Shown in pieces: positions 54,401 through 64,000 of a stretch of DNA of 64,000 nucleotides. The DNA lies in the NCBI GenBank assembly GCA_050302075.1, contig JBNLAH010000003.1:4484-68483 (forward strand), written 5' to 3'. The stretch's first letter is position 1. Every line of letters starts with the position of its first letter. The notes beneath the pieces are model-generated. The model was given only the letters and a program-made list of their open reading frames with translations. It was not told the origin of the DNA and made no database searches. Made by a program: the position numbers and the translations under genes. Source of the DNA: Parachlamydiales bacterium (GTDB taxonomy: Bacteria > Chlamydiota > Chlamydiia > Chlamydiales > SM23-39).

Positions 54401-54764
54401 GGCTGCAGTCATACACGGAAACAAAGGAACTGCAAGAGCCTCAAGAATCAAGGCATTAAAAAACGATTTAGAGTTGAGTGAACTTTATAAGCAGATTTCT
54501 AAAAAAATGGTGGGAAAGACCTCTACAGCAGAAATTTTCTATGTTCCGCATATTGCAGCATCTGAAAAAATAAAATTATCCAAGCACGTGTGCTTTGCTG
54601 CTATTAGCTTTAAAGAATCAGTTTTAAACTCAAAATTCAAAAACCCCGACCTGGTTGTTATCGTGTATCTTCCATTTGGAAAATCTGGGAAAGAAGCCGC
54701 CCCACTCGCAGCTCAAGTTATTGCTAAGTGGGATGAAATACGTTCAAGATCCGGAAGATATTGA
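51465..54764 (+). CDS. pbp2: Penicillin-binding protein 2 (class B transpeptidase), long chlamydial-type form
   Basis: 1099 aa. N-terminal TM anchor. Pedestal motifs ([41 protein letters not shown]). SxxK = SIFK with Ser at codon 746. SSN, and KTS(T) in place of KTG. Confidence 0.85.
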
Positions 54765-55724
54765 ATCTTGTTCTAATGACAAAATTTGGTCAAAATATTT
54801 AATTGTAGCTAAGAGGCCATCATCAATTGAAGTTGTAGGGCTCCACTTCAAAAGTTCCTTAGCTCTTTTGATATTTGGTTTTCTTTTTCGAGGATCATCT
54901 GATGGAAGCGGTAATGTAATGATCGGTGATTTAGAGTTTGTAAGCAAAAGGATTTTCTCAGCTAAATCAATAATCCTGAACTCATCAGGATTACCTAAAT
55001 TGATTGGACCTATTGCTGAGTAGTCAGATTTCATCATAGCACAAATTCCCCCTATTAGATCGCTCACATAACAAAAAGATCTAGTCTGTTCGCCTGAACC
55101 GTAAATTGTAATAGGTTGGTTTTTTAAAGCTTGGACTATAAAGTTAGAAACTACCCTTCCATCATTGGGCTGCATTCTAGGCCCATATGTGTTAAAAATT
55201 CTAACTACCTTAATAGGAATCTGAAACTCTCTCCAATAATCAAAAAATAGGGTCTCAGCGCATCTTTTACCCTCGTCATAACAAGATCGAAGCCCTGTTG
55301 GATTAACATTCCCCCAATAGCTTTCCTCTTGAGGATGTAACTTAGGATCTCCATAAACCTCACTAGTTGAAGCTTGTAGCACCTTGGCCTTGTTTGACAC
55401 TGCCAAATCCAGCATATTTATAGAGCCTAAAACACTTGTCTTAGTTGTTTGAATTGGATCCATTTGGTAATGGACCGGAGATGCCGGACAAGCAAAATTA
55501 TAGACTTCATCAACATCTAACTGCAAGGGTCTACAAATATCGTGTTCAATTACATTAAAGTTAGAGTAGCAAATTAAATGATCAATATTTTCTTTTTTAC
55601 CAGTGAAGAAATTATCTACACAAGTTACAAAATGATCTTCTTTGATTAATCTTTCACATAAATGAGAGCCTAAAAACCCAGCTCCACCGGTAACTAATAT
55701 TTTTTTTTGTTCTTTTTTTCTCAT
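54744..55724 (-). CDS. uxs: UDP-glucuronate decarboxylase (UDP-xylose synthase)
   Basis: 326 aa. [37 protein letters not shown] (YxxxK). Strongly UXS-like. TAATG overlap with the upstream wzc-like gene. Confidence 0.85.
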   Translation of the reverse strand: MRKKEQKKILVTGGAGFLGSHLCERLIKEDHFVTCVDNFFTGKKENIDHLICYSNFNVIEHDICRPLQLDVDEVYNFACPASPVHYQMDPIQTTKTSVLGSINMLDLAVSNKAKVLQASTSEVYGDPKLHPQEESYWGNVNPTGLRSCYDEGKRCAETLFFDYWREFQIPIKVVRIFNTYGPRMQPNDGRVVSNFIVQALKNQPITIYGSGEQTRSFCYVSDLIGGICAMMKSDYSAIGPINLGNPDEFRIIDLAEKILLLTNSKSPIITLPLPSDDPRKRKPNIKRAKELLKWSPTTSIDDGLLATIKYFDQILSLEQDSISSGS

Positions 55725-58564
55725 TACTTTACTTTTAGAAATCCAACCATGCTTTCTTTTTGAAAAAAAGCAGATAACTTTTGTACTGTTTCATCTATAA
55801 AAGACACTACCAATTTGTCAGAAAATTGCAAATAAGCAGTAGCCTCAGCACTAGTTGGACTTGTCTTTCCATATGCTATAACAATGTCATATTTTTCTTT
55901 TATTTCTTTTATAAATTGATGAAAAGATAAAGATCTCAATATTTCTGTTCCGTATCTAGAAGTTATTCCCGCTGGCAAAAAGTCAAAATTATGAAACCTT
56001 TGAATGGGGATTTCTTTAAGATTTTTATCTAAATATTGTGCCATTCCTATGCCCTTATTTGAATGGATTGATTGAAAGTTAAGTTCAAGCAATAATACTT
56101 TCTTCCCAATCTTACCAACTAAATCGCTTAAACAATAAGCATAGTTCGGCCCATTGTTTCCTATTAAACTTAATACTTTACATGATTTTTCCAATAAAGG
56201 CTCGGAAAATTGAATAATATTTCTTAACACTTCTAAGTCATTATCATTAATGTATTCGACTTCAGGACCATCGCAGGCATAAGAGATCTCTCCTAGGGTT
56301 ATTTCTTTAATGGCACTCAGATTGTCTAATGTAGCTATAAAACCTTTAGATAAGGCTCTTATAAAAAAGTATAAAAAAGCTAGAAAAAGGCCGATTAAAA
56401 AAGTCACAACAAATATAAAAAACCCTTTTTTGCTGTTAGGGCCTTTTGGGAACTCCGCCAATTCAATAGGTTTGGATGCAATTTGTTTTAAGTGGTATTC
56501 AATTGTTTTAGATTCTATTAAACTTGTTAAAGACTGGATCATCTTTAGTGCAGCTCCAGAGCGCAGATCTAGTAACTTTTCTTTTTTCCATTTCTCGGGG
56601 AGTAACAACATGTTGTTTCTAATTGATTGCATTTGATTTTGTAACAAGTTTTTTTCTTTTAAAATATTTTCTTTTCTAAAAAACAAATAATCTTTTGCTT
56701 GCTGATCTAAAATTGAGATCTGTTGATTGGTCCTATCAAGAGCTGCCATCTGAAGCGCATAAAACTTGTCTTTATATAAATTTTCTAACGACCTCTCAGC
56801 TTGGAGAGTTTGGCTAATATGTGTTTTCAAAAATTTACGAATTAAAAAAAGATCTTTTTCTAATCTCCCCTTGTCTTTCTCACTTAAAATATCATTATCA
56901 TTTAAACGAAATTGAATATCATTTGCCTGATTTATAAGCCCTTTACTTACAGAGTCTGAAAGGAAAGGAGATATAGAGCTTATTTCAAATTGATCCTTGT
57001 CAATTTCTTTCAAAATAATTTCCAATTGTCTTACTTGAGCTTGGATTTGATCTATTTTATGATTATATTTTATATAAAGCTCATTTGCAGTATCAGCGTC
57101 CAACCCTTCAAACATCTTGTCTTGAGATTGAGCAAATATTGGCCTAGATTTTAATATTTTTTCTTGAGTTGTCAGAGCTCTTTTAAATTGAGACAGGTGA
57201 TAATTCAAATCTTCTTTTATTGTATTTTCATCTTTTTCTGTCTTTAAACCTTCAATTTGTGAAGATGTCTTTAATATTTCTTTTTTGTTTAATTGTTCCA
57301 GTGCATTTTCGATCTCACTTTTTTCTTTTCTTAAACTTGAAATATCTTTCAAAAGTTTATCCATATTTTGGGAATACGTCCCTTGCAGCGGATCTTCATT
57401 CTTTTTTTCCTGTGAAAAAAGCGACATGCTTAAGGCATCTTTTTTCTGGTTCAAAGTACTTTTCTGAATACTCATAGCAGCAAGTTTTTTCCCAACAAGC
57501 TCATCATTAAATATAAAATCGCTGTCTGATTTTTTTAACAAATCAATATGCGCAAGCTCTAAGTCAAGGTCGAATAGCCTTTTCAAACATTCTGCGTGGG
57601 GGTTTGCAAAGCTTGAAATTTCTTGTTCTAAAGCAATAAATCCATTCTTAATTAAATTGTCTGATAGATACTCTGCATGGCTATCGAGAGTATTTTCAAG
57701 GTTTTGCCCTACTTGCTTTTTTCTTTGCTCTAAATATTTAAATTGTTCTTTAGCAAAGGTGTCACTCTCTTTCTCTAAATATTTAACATAAGAGTGCATA
57801 AGCCCATTTAAAGTATTTTGAGCTAGATATGGATCAATATCTTTGTAGGTTATATCCAAAACATTATCGCTATAACGCGACACTTGGATTTTTAAATTGC
57901 GTTTAACTTTTGCAACACAGCCCTCAACTGATGTAAAATTTAAAATATAAGCTTTGTTTTTTTTTAAATTTTTTGGAGTCGCTTGTATTATAAAAGAAAT
58001 TTCATCTAGAAAGATTTTTTCATTTAACCTTCCTTTTGCTTTCACTTTTTTCTTCATATCAAAAATTTCAAATGAGTCGTTTGACTTAAAAAAAACAAGA
58101 TATTTTCTTGAAGCTGTAGATGGACAATTTACTTCTTTAAATCTAAAGTTGCTACTTTCCTTATCAGTTATTTTAAATTCTCTTTTTAGATTTTGAAAGT
58201 ACCTTGATAAGATTGCAAAAAAACGACTTTTATTTTTCAAATAGCAACTAGCTTGCAATCCAAATTTTTTCACAACAGGCTCAATTACAAGCCGAGACTG
58301 AATCATCTCCTTAGCTTTATTCTTATCATTTTCAACTGATCCTGACGAAAAAAAATCTTTAAAATTCAACGATTCTTTTTTTTCGGGCATTTCTGAAAAT
58401 TTAGCAGAAGATTGGTAGACATCAGGTTTAATCATTACATAAAAAAAACAAATACTTGCAAAAATTAAAGCAAAACCAAAAATTTGTTTTTTTAAAGTAG
58501 TAAAAATATTTGATATATCGCTTAAGCAAAAAAATACTTCATCACCTGACATGTTATTTCTCAT
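55724..58564 (-). CDS. Polysaccharide co-polymerase (Wzc/GumC-like) with degenerate C-terminal BY-kinase-like domain
   Basis: I place the start at the ATG at 58564, an ATGA overlap with the wza stop. N-terminal TM and Wzz-like segment. Very long coiled-coil periplasmic region. A second TM ([21 protein letters not shown]). The C-terminal P-loop-like domain lacks the Walker A Lys ([10 protein letters not shown]). Confidence 0.65.
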   Translation of the reverse strand: MRNNMSGDEVFFCLSDISNIFTTLKKQIFGFALIFASICFFYVMIKPDVYQSSAKFSEMPEKKESLNFKDFFSSGSVENDKNKAKEMIQSRLVIEPVVKKFGLQASCYLKNKSRFFAILSRYFQNLKREFKITDKESSNFRFKEVNCPSTASRKYLVFFKSNDSFEIFDMKKKVKAKGRLNEKIFLDEISFIIQATPKNLKKNKAYILNFTSVEGCVAKVKRNLKIQVSRYSDNVLDITYKDIDPYLAQNTLNGLMHSYVKYLEKESDTFAKEQFKYLEQRKKQVGQNLENTLDSHAEYLSDNLIKNGFIALEQEISSFANPHAECLKRLFDLDLELAHIDLLKKSDSDFIFNDELVGKKLAAMSIQKSTLNQKKDALSMSLFSQEKKNEDPLQGTYSQNMDKLLKDISSLRKEKSEIENALEQLNKKEILKTSSQIEGLKTEKDENTIKEDLNYHLSQFKRALTTQEKILKSRPIFAQSQDKMFEGLDADTANELYIKYNHKIDQIQAQVRQLEIILKEIDKDQFEISSISPFLSDSVSKGLINQANDIQFRLNDNDILSEKDKGRLEKDLFLIRKFLKTHISQTLQAERSLENLYKDKFYALQMAALDRTNQQISILDQQAKDYLFFRKENILKEKNLLQNQMQSIRNNMLLLPEKWKKEKLLDLRSGAALKMIQSLTSLIESKTIEYHLKQIASKPIELAEFPKGPNSKKGFFIFVVTFLIGLFLAFLYFFIRALSKGFIATLDNLSAIKEITLGEISYACDGPEVEYINDNDLEVLRNIIQFSEPLLEKSCKVLSLIGNNGPNYAYCLSDLVGKIGKKVLLLELNFQSIHSNKGIGMAQYLDKNLKEIPIQRFHNFDFLPAGITSRYGTEILRSLSFHQFIKEIKEKYDIVIAYGKTSPTSAEATAYLQFSDKLVVSFIDETVQKLSAFFQKESMVGFLKVK

Positions 58565-59613
58565 GGAATAAACAACCCCCAACTACGACATCCTTTGCCA
58601 ATAACATCTATACCGGTAAAACAAGGTAGAAGCTGTGAGATAAAACGATTCCATTCGGTAATTGGCTTTGCAGCAACATAAACAACATCTCCCGGCATCA
58701 ATAGCAGCGATTCATTTGGCAAATGAATAACATGCTTCCAACTAAGTGTGTATATCTTCGGGCATGCTATTGCTCCTCTAATGATTTGGATATATGATTT
58801 GTCCCCTGTAAACGGAATTCCTCTGGCGGACGCCAAAGCTTCTCTTAATGATATATATCCATTAGGCAAATTGACAACAGTTTCACAGCCTACTTCCCCT
58901 AGAACCATTAGATTGGCAGATGAGGGATCCGCTATATAAATTTTGTCACCACCACGCATAACAACATTTTGGGTCATATCGCCCTCCTTTAAAAGCTTAT
59001 GGAAATCAACTGATATTAATTGATTGTCTCGAATCATATAACTTTTAAAAAGGTTTGCATTTGGAGGGACCTTTGCAATTGAAAGAACATCAAACAATCT
59101 AATTTTTCCATCTACCGGCACACTGGAAATTGCCACAAGCCCGGCCAATTCAACTTTTCTTAATATTCTGTTTTTATATGCTACAAAAGCTTCTATATCA
59201 CTAATTTGGTTCAAATAAAGGTTCTGAATTTTTTCTTTAGCTTCCTGGAGTGTTAAGCCACTAACACAAACGGGTGGAAGGTCTGGCAAATATATCCTCC
59301 CGTCAGTTACCCTATAACCAATCGTATTACCAATTTTAGAAACAGCTTCTGTAATGTCTGATCTTTTGGGATGATAGATCTCAATTTTTAGAACATCATC
59401 TTCATGAATTGTATCTTTATACTCTTCTAAAAAATCTAAAGGGAGCTGTTCAAAACATTTGCCTTCCATTTCCAAAATAGAAAATTTTCCAGCCTTTATT
59501 TTGTAAGAATCTACGACGAATTGGTCTGCTCCACAAACATCTTTGCCCATATAAGGAGTTGAGCAAGAACTAAGCAAGCTTAAAAAAATTATAAACAAAA
59601 GAGAACATCTCAT
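58561..59613 (-). CDS. wza: Polysaccharide export outer membrane lipoprotein (Wza family)
   Basis: 350 aa. Lipobox LLSSCS. Poly_export-like DDVLKIEIY...VTDGRIYLPDLPPVCVSGLTLQEAKEKI. Two SLBB-like repeats (VELAGLV..., LMVLGEVG...). LMPGDVVYV. Confidence 0.8.
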   Translation of the reverse strand: MRCSLLFIIFLSLLSSCSTPYMGKDVCGADQFVVDSYKIKAGKFSILEMEGKCFEQLPLDFLEEYKDTIHEDDVLKIEIYHPKRSDITEAVSKIGNTIGYRVTDGRIYLPDLPPVCVSGLTLQEAKEKIQNLYLNQISDIEAFVAYKNRILRKVELAGLVAISSVPVDGKIRLFDVLSIAKVPPNANLFKSYMIRDNQLISVDFHKLLKEGDMTQNVVMRGGDKIYIADPSSANLMVLGEVGCETVVNLPNGYISLREALASARGIPFTGDKSYIQIIRGAIACPKIYTLSWKHVIHLPNESLLLMPGDVVYVAAKPITEWNRFISQLLPCFTGIDVIGKGCRSWGLFIP

Positions 59614-59941
59614 GCTAATTCACAGGGCTAAAATTTCTATTTCGCAGCTGTTTACTTATGTTTGGTCCCTTTTTTACCTTTAAGTAGCCATAAAGAAGAA
59701 TAAAAGATTTGCTCAAAATAGCGTAAAAAAAAGCTTGCATAATTGAAGCCTGAATTTAAATGTTTTTTTTACATTAATGAAAATACACTACCACTTGGTT
59801 ATGAGCCAGTCAATATGTTTAAAGCAGGATCTGTTATGATTTTAGTTAAATTTGTTGAATTCGATGATAAAAATCATGTATACATGATTGCAATCTATGA
59901 GAGCTTTGCACTTTAAAAACATAGCTCTTTGGTAAAAATTT

Positions 59942-60934
59942 ATGAAATTAAGACCTACCCAATCATTAATGAAAAGAGTTTTAATAACAGGTGCTTCCGG
60001 TTTTATAGGATATCATTTAGCCTTTTTTTTAAAAAAAAGAAATGATTTTGTTATTGGGATAGATAATTTTAATGATTATTACGACCAAAGTTTGAAAACT
60101 TACAGATCTAATCTATTAAAGGAAATTGGCGTTGATGTTTTTAATATTAACATCTTAGAAACAGATAAAATAATTAAAATAATCAATGAAAACTCAATTA
60201 CACATATTGTCCACTTGGCAGCTCAAGCTGGGGTTAGAAAATCATTTACCCACCCTGAGGACTATATAACCAACAATATCAATGGATTTTATAACATACT
60301 AGAAATTTGCAGAAAAACACCTAATATAACTTTGCTGTACGCATCTTCTTCTTCTGTCTATGGAGTAAACCGCAAATCGCCTTTTTCTGAAGACGACCAT
60401 ACTGACCACCCTGCAAATTTATATGGGGCAACCAAGAAGTCAAATGAAGCTATGGCCTTTGCATACCACAATCTATACGGAATAAAAATGACAGGCCTAC
60501 GCTATTTTACAGTTTATGGACCAGCTGGAAGACCTGACATGGCCTATTTTTCTTTCGCAAAGTCAATTATGAATAACCAGCCTATTTCTGTCTTTAACCA
60601 TGGAAAAATGCAAAGAGATTTTACATACATCGATGATATTGTAGAGGGCACCGCTTCAGCGCTTGACTTAGAGTCTGACTTCGAAATTTTCAATTTAGGT
60701 AATAACAGGCCTATCGGTATTATGAACTTAATTGAGGAACTAGAAAAAGGGCTATCTAAAAATGCAATAATCAATATGCTACCTATGCAGCCTGGAGAAC
60801 TAATTGAAACTTGCGCTGATATATCAAAGAGTCGCAAACTCTTAAACTATCAACCCAAAGTAAGTTTTGAGACAGGTATTTCAAAATTTATCGATTGGTT
60901 TTTTTCTTATCAGAAATGTCTTCTATCTTCTTAA
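59942..60934 (+). CDS. NAD-dependent epimerase, UDP-glucuronate 4-epimerase-like
   Basis: 330 aa. ITGASGFIGYHL, ASSSSVYG, YGATKKSNE (YxxxK), and the RYFTVYGPAGRPDMAYF motif typical of UDP-GlcA 4-epimerases (Cap1J/GAE type). Confidence 0.75.
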   Translation: MKLRPTQSLMKRVLITGASGFIGYHLAFFLKKRNDFVIGIDNFNDYYDQSLKTYRSNLLKEIGVDVFNINILETDKIIKIINENSITHIVHLAAQAGVRKSFTHPEDYITNNINGFYNILEICRKTPNITLLYASSSSVYGVNRKSPFSEDDHTDHPANLYGATKKSNEAMAFAYHNLYGIKMTGLRYFTVYGPAGRPDMAYFSFAKSIMNNQPISVFNHGKMQRDFTYIDDIVEGTASALDLESDFEIFNLGNNRPIGIMNLIEELEKGLSKNAIINMLPMQPGELIETCADISKSRKLLNYQPKVSFETGISKFIDWFFSYQKCLLSS

Positions 60935-62396
60935 ACGCCTTTGATAAATTTTCAATTACATCTGATGCTACTAAAGCATATGTAGAAGTTTCCTTTTCTG
61001 CTATTTGAGCCGAAAGTCCATGCAAGAAAGCAGCTTGCGCCGCTGCTTGGAATTGTTCTACTCCCTGAGCTATTTGAGCTGCTATAATACCTGTTAGAAC
61101 ATCACCGGTGCCTGCTGTAGCTAAAGCTGGTGTCCCACTAGAAATAATAAATGGCGTTTTTTCATAATGGACTACTATGGTAGGAGCACCTTTTAATACA
61201 ACAATCACTCGTTTTTTCTTTGAATATGCAATTGTCTTTTCAATTAAAGCGATATCGTCTAACTCTTTTTCATTTAAAATTTTGAGCATCTCCCCTCGAT
61301 GAGGAGTTAAAATTGTATCTTGCGGAAGCTCTATTTCAGGACTTTTTGCCAAGAAAAATAGAGCATCTGCATCCAAAACAACTGGAATATCAAGTTTATC
61401 TAGCACTTTCAAAAAAATTGATTTTGATTCATCAGACCTTCCCATCCCAGGTCCCATAAAAACTGCTTTAGCCCTTTCAACTTCTTTGAAAAACTCTGGC
61501 AGACTATCCTCAGATAGCCATTGATGGATAACCTCTAAGGGCTTTGATTCAGTCTCGGTTTCATCTCCTATAGAATATAAACGAACTATCCCCGCCCCTG
61601 CTTTTAAAGCTGCAAAAGAGCTTAAAATTGCCGCTCCAAACATCCCATAAGACCCAGCTAATCCAACCACATAACCAACATCATACTTGTGCCTTTTTGC
61701 ACGCACAATAGGAAGTTTGACATCTGTTTTCTGAAAATAGTTGGCAAAAGGATCTATCTGATCTATAAATTCTTTAGGAAGACCAAAATCTGCATGAACA
61801 AGTTTTCCAGTGAAATTAGGACCATCATTTAAAAAAAATCCTGCCTTTAACAACCCGAGATAAATTGTTGTATCAGCTTTGACGGCGTCTGGCATTACAG
61901 CCCCATCAGATCCATTTAAGCCCGATGGCACATCTATTGAAAAAACTTCTGAATTTGATGAATTGATTTTTTTTATAATACTAAGATAAGGATCTTTTAG
62001 ACTACCTTTAAACCCAGTCCCAAGTAAACCATCAACTAATATTGCATCATTTGGGAGCAATAAATCATTAACATTGCTTATAAAATAAGTATTCCCACCA
62101 CTTGCTTTGAACTCTTTAAAATACTTCTGATTTAGCTTTGAGCTGTCTTCTATTTTTGAAAAATAATATGCTTCTACATAGAAATTTTCTTTTAAAAGAA
62201 TGGCTCCTGCAACATAAGCATCTCCACCATTATTTCCTTTGCCACAAAGGAGCAAAATCTTCCGACCTTTGGCAGATTTTTTAATTGTTTTTGCGATATT
62301 TGAACCGGCCAATACCATAAAAGCATCATCAGAACATCCCTCTTCAAATGCTTTTTTTTCTATTTCAGACATTTGTTTGGATGTTACAACTAACAT
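60888..62396 (-). CDS. nnr: Bifunctional NAD(P)H-hydrate repair enzyme (YjeF: epimerase + ADP-dependent dehydratase)
   Basis: 502 aa. N-terminal YjeF_N (LLLCGKGNNGGDAYVAG, VDGLLGTG). C-terminal carbohydrate-kinase-like domain (VLDADAL, ILTPH, ATAGTGDVLTGII). Confidence 0.85.
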   Translation of the reverse strand: MLVVTSKQMSEIEKKAFEEGCSDDAFMVLAGSNIAKTIKKSAKGRKILLLCGKGNNGGDAYVAGAILLKENFYVEAYYFSKIEDSSKLNQKYFKEFKASGGNTYFISNVNDLLLPNDAILVDGLLGTGFKGSLKDPYLSIIKKINSSNSEVFSIDVPSGLNGSDGAVMPDAVKADTTIYLGLLKAGFFLNDGPNFTGKLVHADFGLPKEFIDQIDPFANYFQKTDVKLPIVRAKRHKYDVGYVVGLAGSYGMFGAAILSSFAALKAGAGIVRLYSIGDETETESKPLEVIHQWLSEDSLPEFFKEVERAKAVFMGPGMGRSDESKSIFLKVLDKLDIPVVLDADALFFLAKSPEIELPQDTILTPHRGEMLKILNEKELDDIALIEKTIAYSKKKRVIVVLKGAPTIVVHYEKTPFIISSGTPALATAGTGDVLTGIIAAQIAQGVEQFQAAAQAAFLHGLSAQIAEKETSTYALVASDVIENLSKAFKKIEDISDKKKTNR

Positions 62397-62400
62397 TTAG

Positions 62401-63396
62401 CTACAGGTGTTCTTCTTTAATTGCTCTTGCTAATAAGCTTTTTACAGCATCTTTAGGATTTAAATCTTTATAAATTATTGAGTAGATCGCCTCAGATATT
62501 GGAACCGCTATATTATGGGCTTCTCCAAGTTCATAGGCAGATACACAAGTGTATGCACCTTCAACAGCCATACCTACTTTGTTAAATGCATCTTTTGGAG
62601 ATAATCCCTCTGCTAAAAACCTTCCAAAGCGGTAATTTCTAGATAAAGTAGAAAGACAGGTGACACAAAGATCTCCCATTCCTGAAAGGCCATTCAAAGT
62701 AATCTCATTGCATCCTTTTATAACACTAAGCTTTCTAATTTCATGTAGACCTCTTGTCATAAGCGCAGCTTTTGTATTATCTCCAAAACCAAGCCCATCA
62801 GAAATTCCACATGCAATGGCAATGATGTTTTTCATGGCACCACCAAAACATACTCCCATTAAATCTGAGTTAGGATAAATTCTAAATGTGGGTGTTGTAA
62901 ATAAATCTTGAATCATCATCATTACATGAAATGAATAAGCTGAGCAGACTACAGATGTTGGAAGGTTTGCAATTACTTCTTCAGCATGCGAAGGACCACT
63001 TAAACATCCAATTAAATCCTTATCAAGCTTCTCTTTTATGATTTCAGGAAAAAGTAACCCAGTCTTTTGTTCGATTCCTTTTGATGTTAAAATAAAAGGA
63101 ACAGGCTTTTCCCAAAGATTTAAAACCTGAGAAAAAACTTCCCTAATGCCTTTCGAAGTAACACTTTCAACAACAACATCACATTCTTTCAAAGCTATTT
63201 TTAGATCTGAAGTAAACTTAAGATTTTCAGGAGCTTTAAATTCTCCCAGCTTTGGATGTTTTTTTTCTTTTTCTAAAATACTTATTAGATCTTTTGATCT
63301 GGCCCAAAGAGTGACGTCATGTCCATTATTTGCAAGCAATGACGCTAAGCAAAATCCCCAAGTACCTGCCCCTAAATACGCTATTTTCATTTTCAT
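62401..63396 (-). CDS. gpsA: Glycerol-3-phosphate dehydrogenase [NAD(P)+]
   Basis: 331 aa. IAYLGAGTWG; KGIE; GPSHAEEV; GALKNIIAIA; DLCVTCLS..SRN(Y)RFG; VEG. Confidence 0.9.
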   Translation of the reverse strand: MKMKIAYLGAGTWGFCLASLLANNGHDVTLWARSKDLISILEKEKKHPKLGEFKAPENLKFTSDLKIALKECDVVVESVTSKGIREVFSQVLNLWEKPVPFILTSKGIEQKTGLLFPEIIKEKLDKDLIGCLSGPSHAEEVIANLPTSVVCSAYSFHVMMMIQDLFTTPTFRIYPNSDLMGVCFGGAMKNIIAIACGISDGLGFGDNTKAALMTRGLHEIRKLSVIKGCNEITLNGLSGMGDLCVTCLSTLSRNYRFGRFLAEGLSPKDAFNKVGMAVEGAYTCVSAYELGEAHNIAVPISEAIYSIIYKDLNPKDAVKSLLARAIKEEHL

Positions 63397-63510
63397 TCTA
63401 GTTAGATAATTTACAAATTATAAGCACTATAGCCATTTAGGACAATGGACTGCTTTGCTTTTGCGAGCGAAAAAACATCCTGTAAAAAATATTTAACACA
63501 AGAATAAGGT

Positions 63511-63945
63511 CTATTTTATTTCTTTTAAAATAAATGATTCTTGAATCAAAAAAAATGCTAACCTTTTTTCTTTCACATAAGAAATTAAAACACCGATTAG
63601 TTGATGGCACGAAAAACACTTTAATGGATGATTACCTTCGTAACTGAAAAAGCCTTCTCGGGCTTTGTCTAAAGCAAAAGTTCTGTCAAGGTAACATCTT
63701 TTAAGCGGACCTGGGCCATCTTTTTGATAGTACATTAAAAAATGCTTACAAAGACCACAAGAGACCTTAAGTAAAGATGGCTCTCCTCTAGCTTCTGTAT
63801 AAGAATCGTATTTAAATTTGATTAAATCTTTCCAACTACCCATTTGTTTATTTTGTCCTATCCTAACATTGTTAAAAAAGCTTCTTATAAATTTGATCCA
63901 CTGAAAGTGAATCAACATTTTTAAATTCTCCAATAATCGGCTCAT
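63511..63945 (-). CDS. Hypothetical protein with CxxC...CxxC pairs (zinc-ribbon-like)
   Basis: 144-aa ORF. The real start may be the internal Met (MGSWKDLIKF). CGLCKH ... CFSCHQ. No family recognised. Confidence 0.3.
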   Translation of the reverse strand: MSRLLENLKMLIHFQWIKFIRSFFNNVRIGQNKQMGSWKDLIKFKYDSYTEARGEPSLLKVSCGLCKHFLMYYQKDGPGPLKRCYLDRTFALDKAREGFFSYEGNHPLKCFSCHQLIGVLISYVKEKRLAFFLIQESFILKEIK

Positions 63946-64000
63946 GGATAAGACGTGGATTAGGAGAACTTACGCTTTGCTTTATTATCCCCTGTCTCGG

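Noticed and set aside
59815-59916. 33-codon ORF (MFKAGSVMILVKFVEFDDKNHVYMIAIYESFAL) in the divergent wza / epimerase intergenic region.
   Set aside because: It is too short, has no ribosome-binding site and has no supporting feature. The region is more simply explained as divergent promoter space.

Overview
AT-rich bacterial chromosome segment, dense with genes and with almost no non-coding space. I read it as a chlamydia-like organism (phylum Chlamydiota, probably an environmental lineage), for four reasons. (1) The type III secretion block sctJ / unknown / sctL / sctR / sctS / sctT (3.8-8.0 kb) has the gene order I recall for Chlamydia trachomatis CT559-CT564. (2) frr-tsf-rpsB lies next to a roughly 1100-aa PBP2. 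(3) There is a family of Cys-containing beta-barrel outer membrane proteins ending in RFDF. (4) There is a very Cys-rich lipoprotein. Housekeeping content: pyrBI, sufBCDS, rsmB, pgeF, an aldehyde dehydrogenase, photolyase, nnr, gpsA and three tRNAs (Lys-UUU, Glu-UUC, Gly-UCC). Unexpected for this lineage: (a) an eight-gene, translationally coupled de novo purine operon (purM-purL-purQ-purH-purC-purD-purN-purF, 21.2-32.1 kb), with purC carrying a degenerate PurE-like tail and purL an N-terminal PurS-like extension; (b) extensive surface-glycan capacity (GT9, GT2, rfbBDC, an IspD-SDR fusion resembling CDP-ribitol synthase, UDP-xylose synthase, UDP-GlcA 4-epimerase, and Wza plus a Wzc-like protein with a dead kinase domain); (c) a lineage-specific accessory stretch (about 43.3-48.7 kb) abutting tRNA-Lys/tRNA-Glu. 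That stretch holds my top candidate: a 60-aa lanthipeptide-like precursor (FDLD leader box, Cys/Ser/Thr-rich C-terminus) immediately upstream of a membrane-anchored S41 peptidase of the nisin-resistance (NSR) type. No LanB/LanC/LanM-like enzyme is recognisable in the window. Other notable structure: three tandem OMP paralogs, two of which share a near-identical direct repeat of about 1.04-1.07 kb; 15-bp in-frame tandem repeats encoding (CGCGD)n; and a 721-aa protein with an internal duplication. All calls rest on motif recognition by eye from the translated ORFs. No database search was run.
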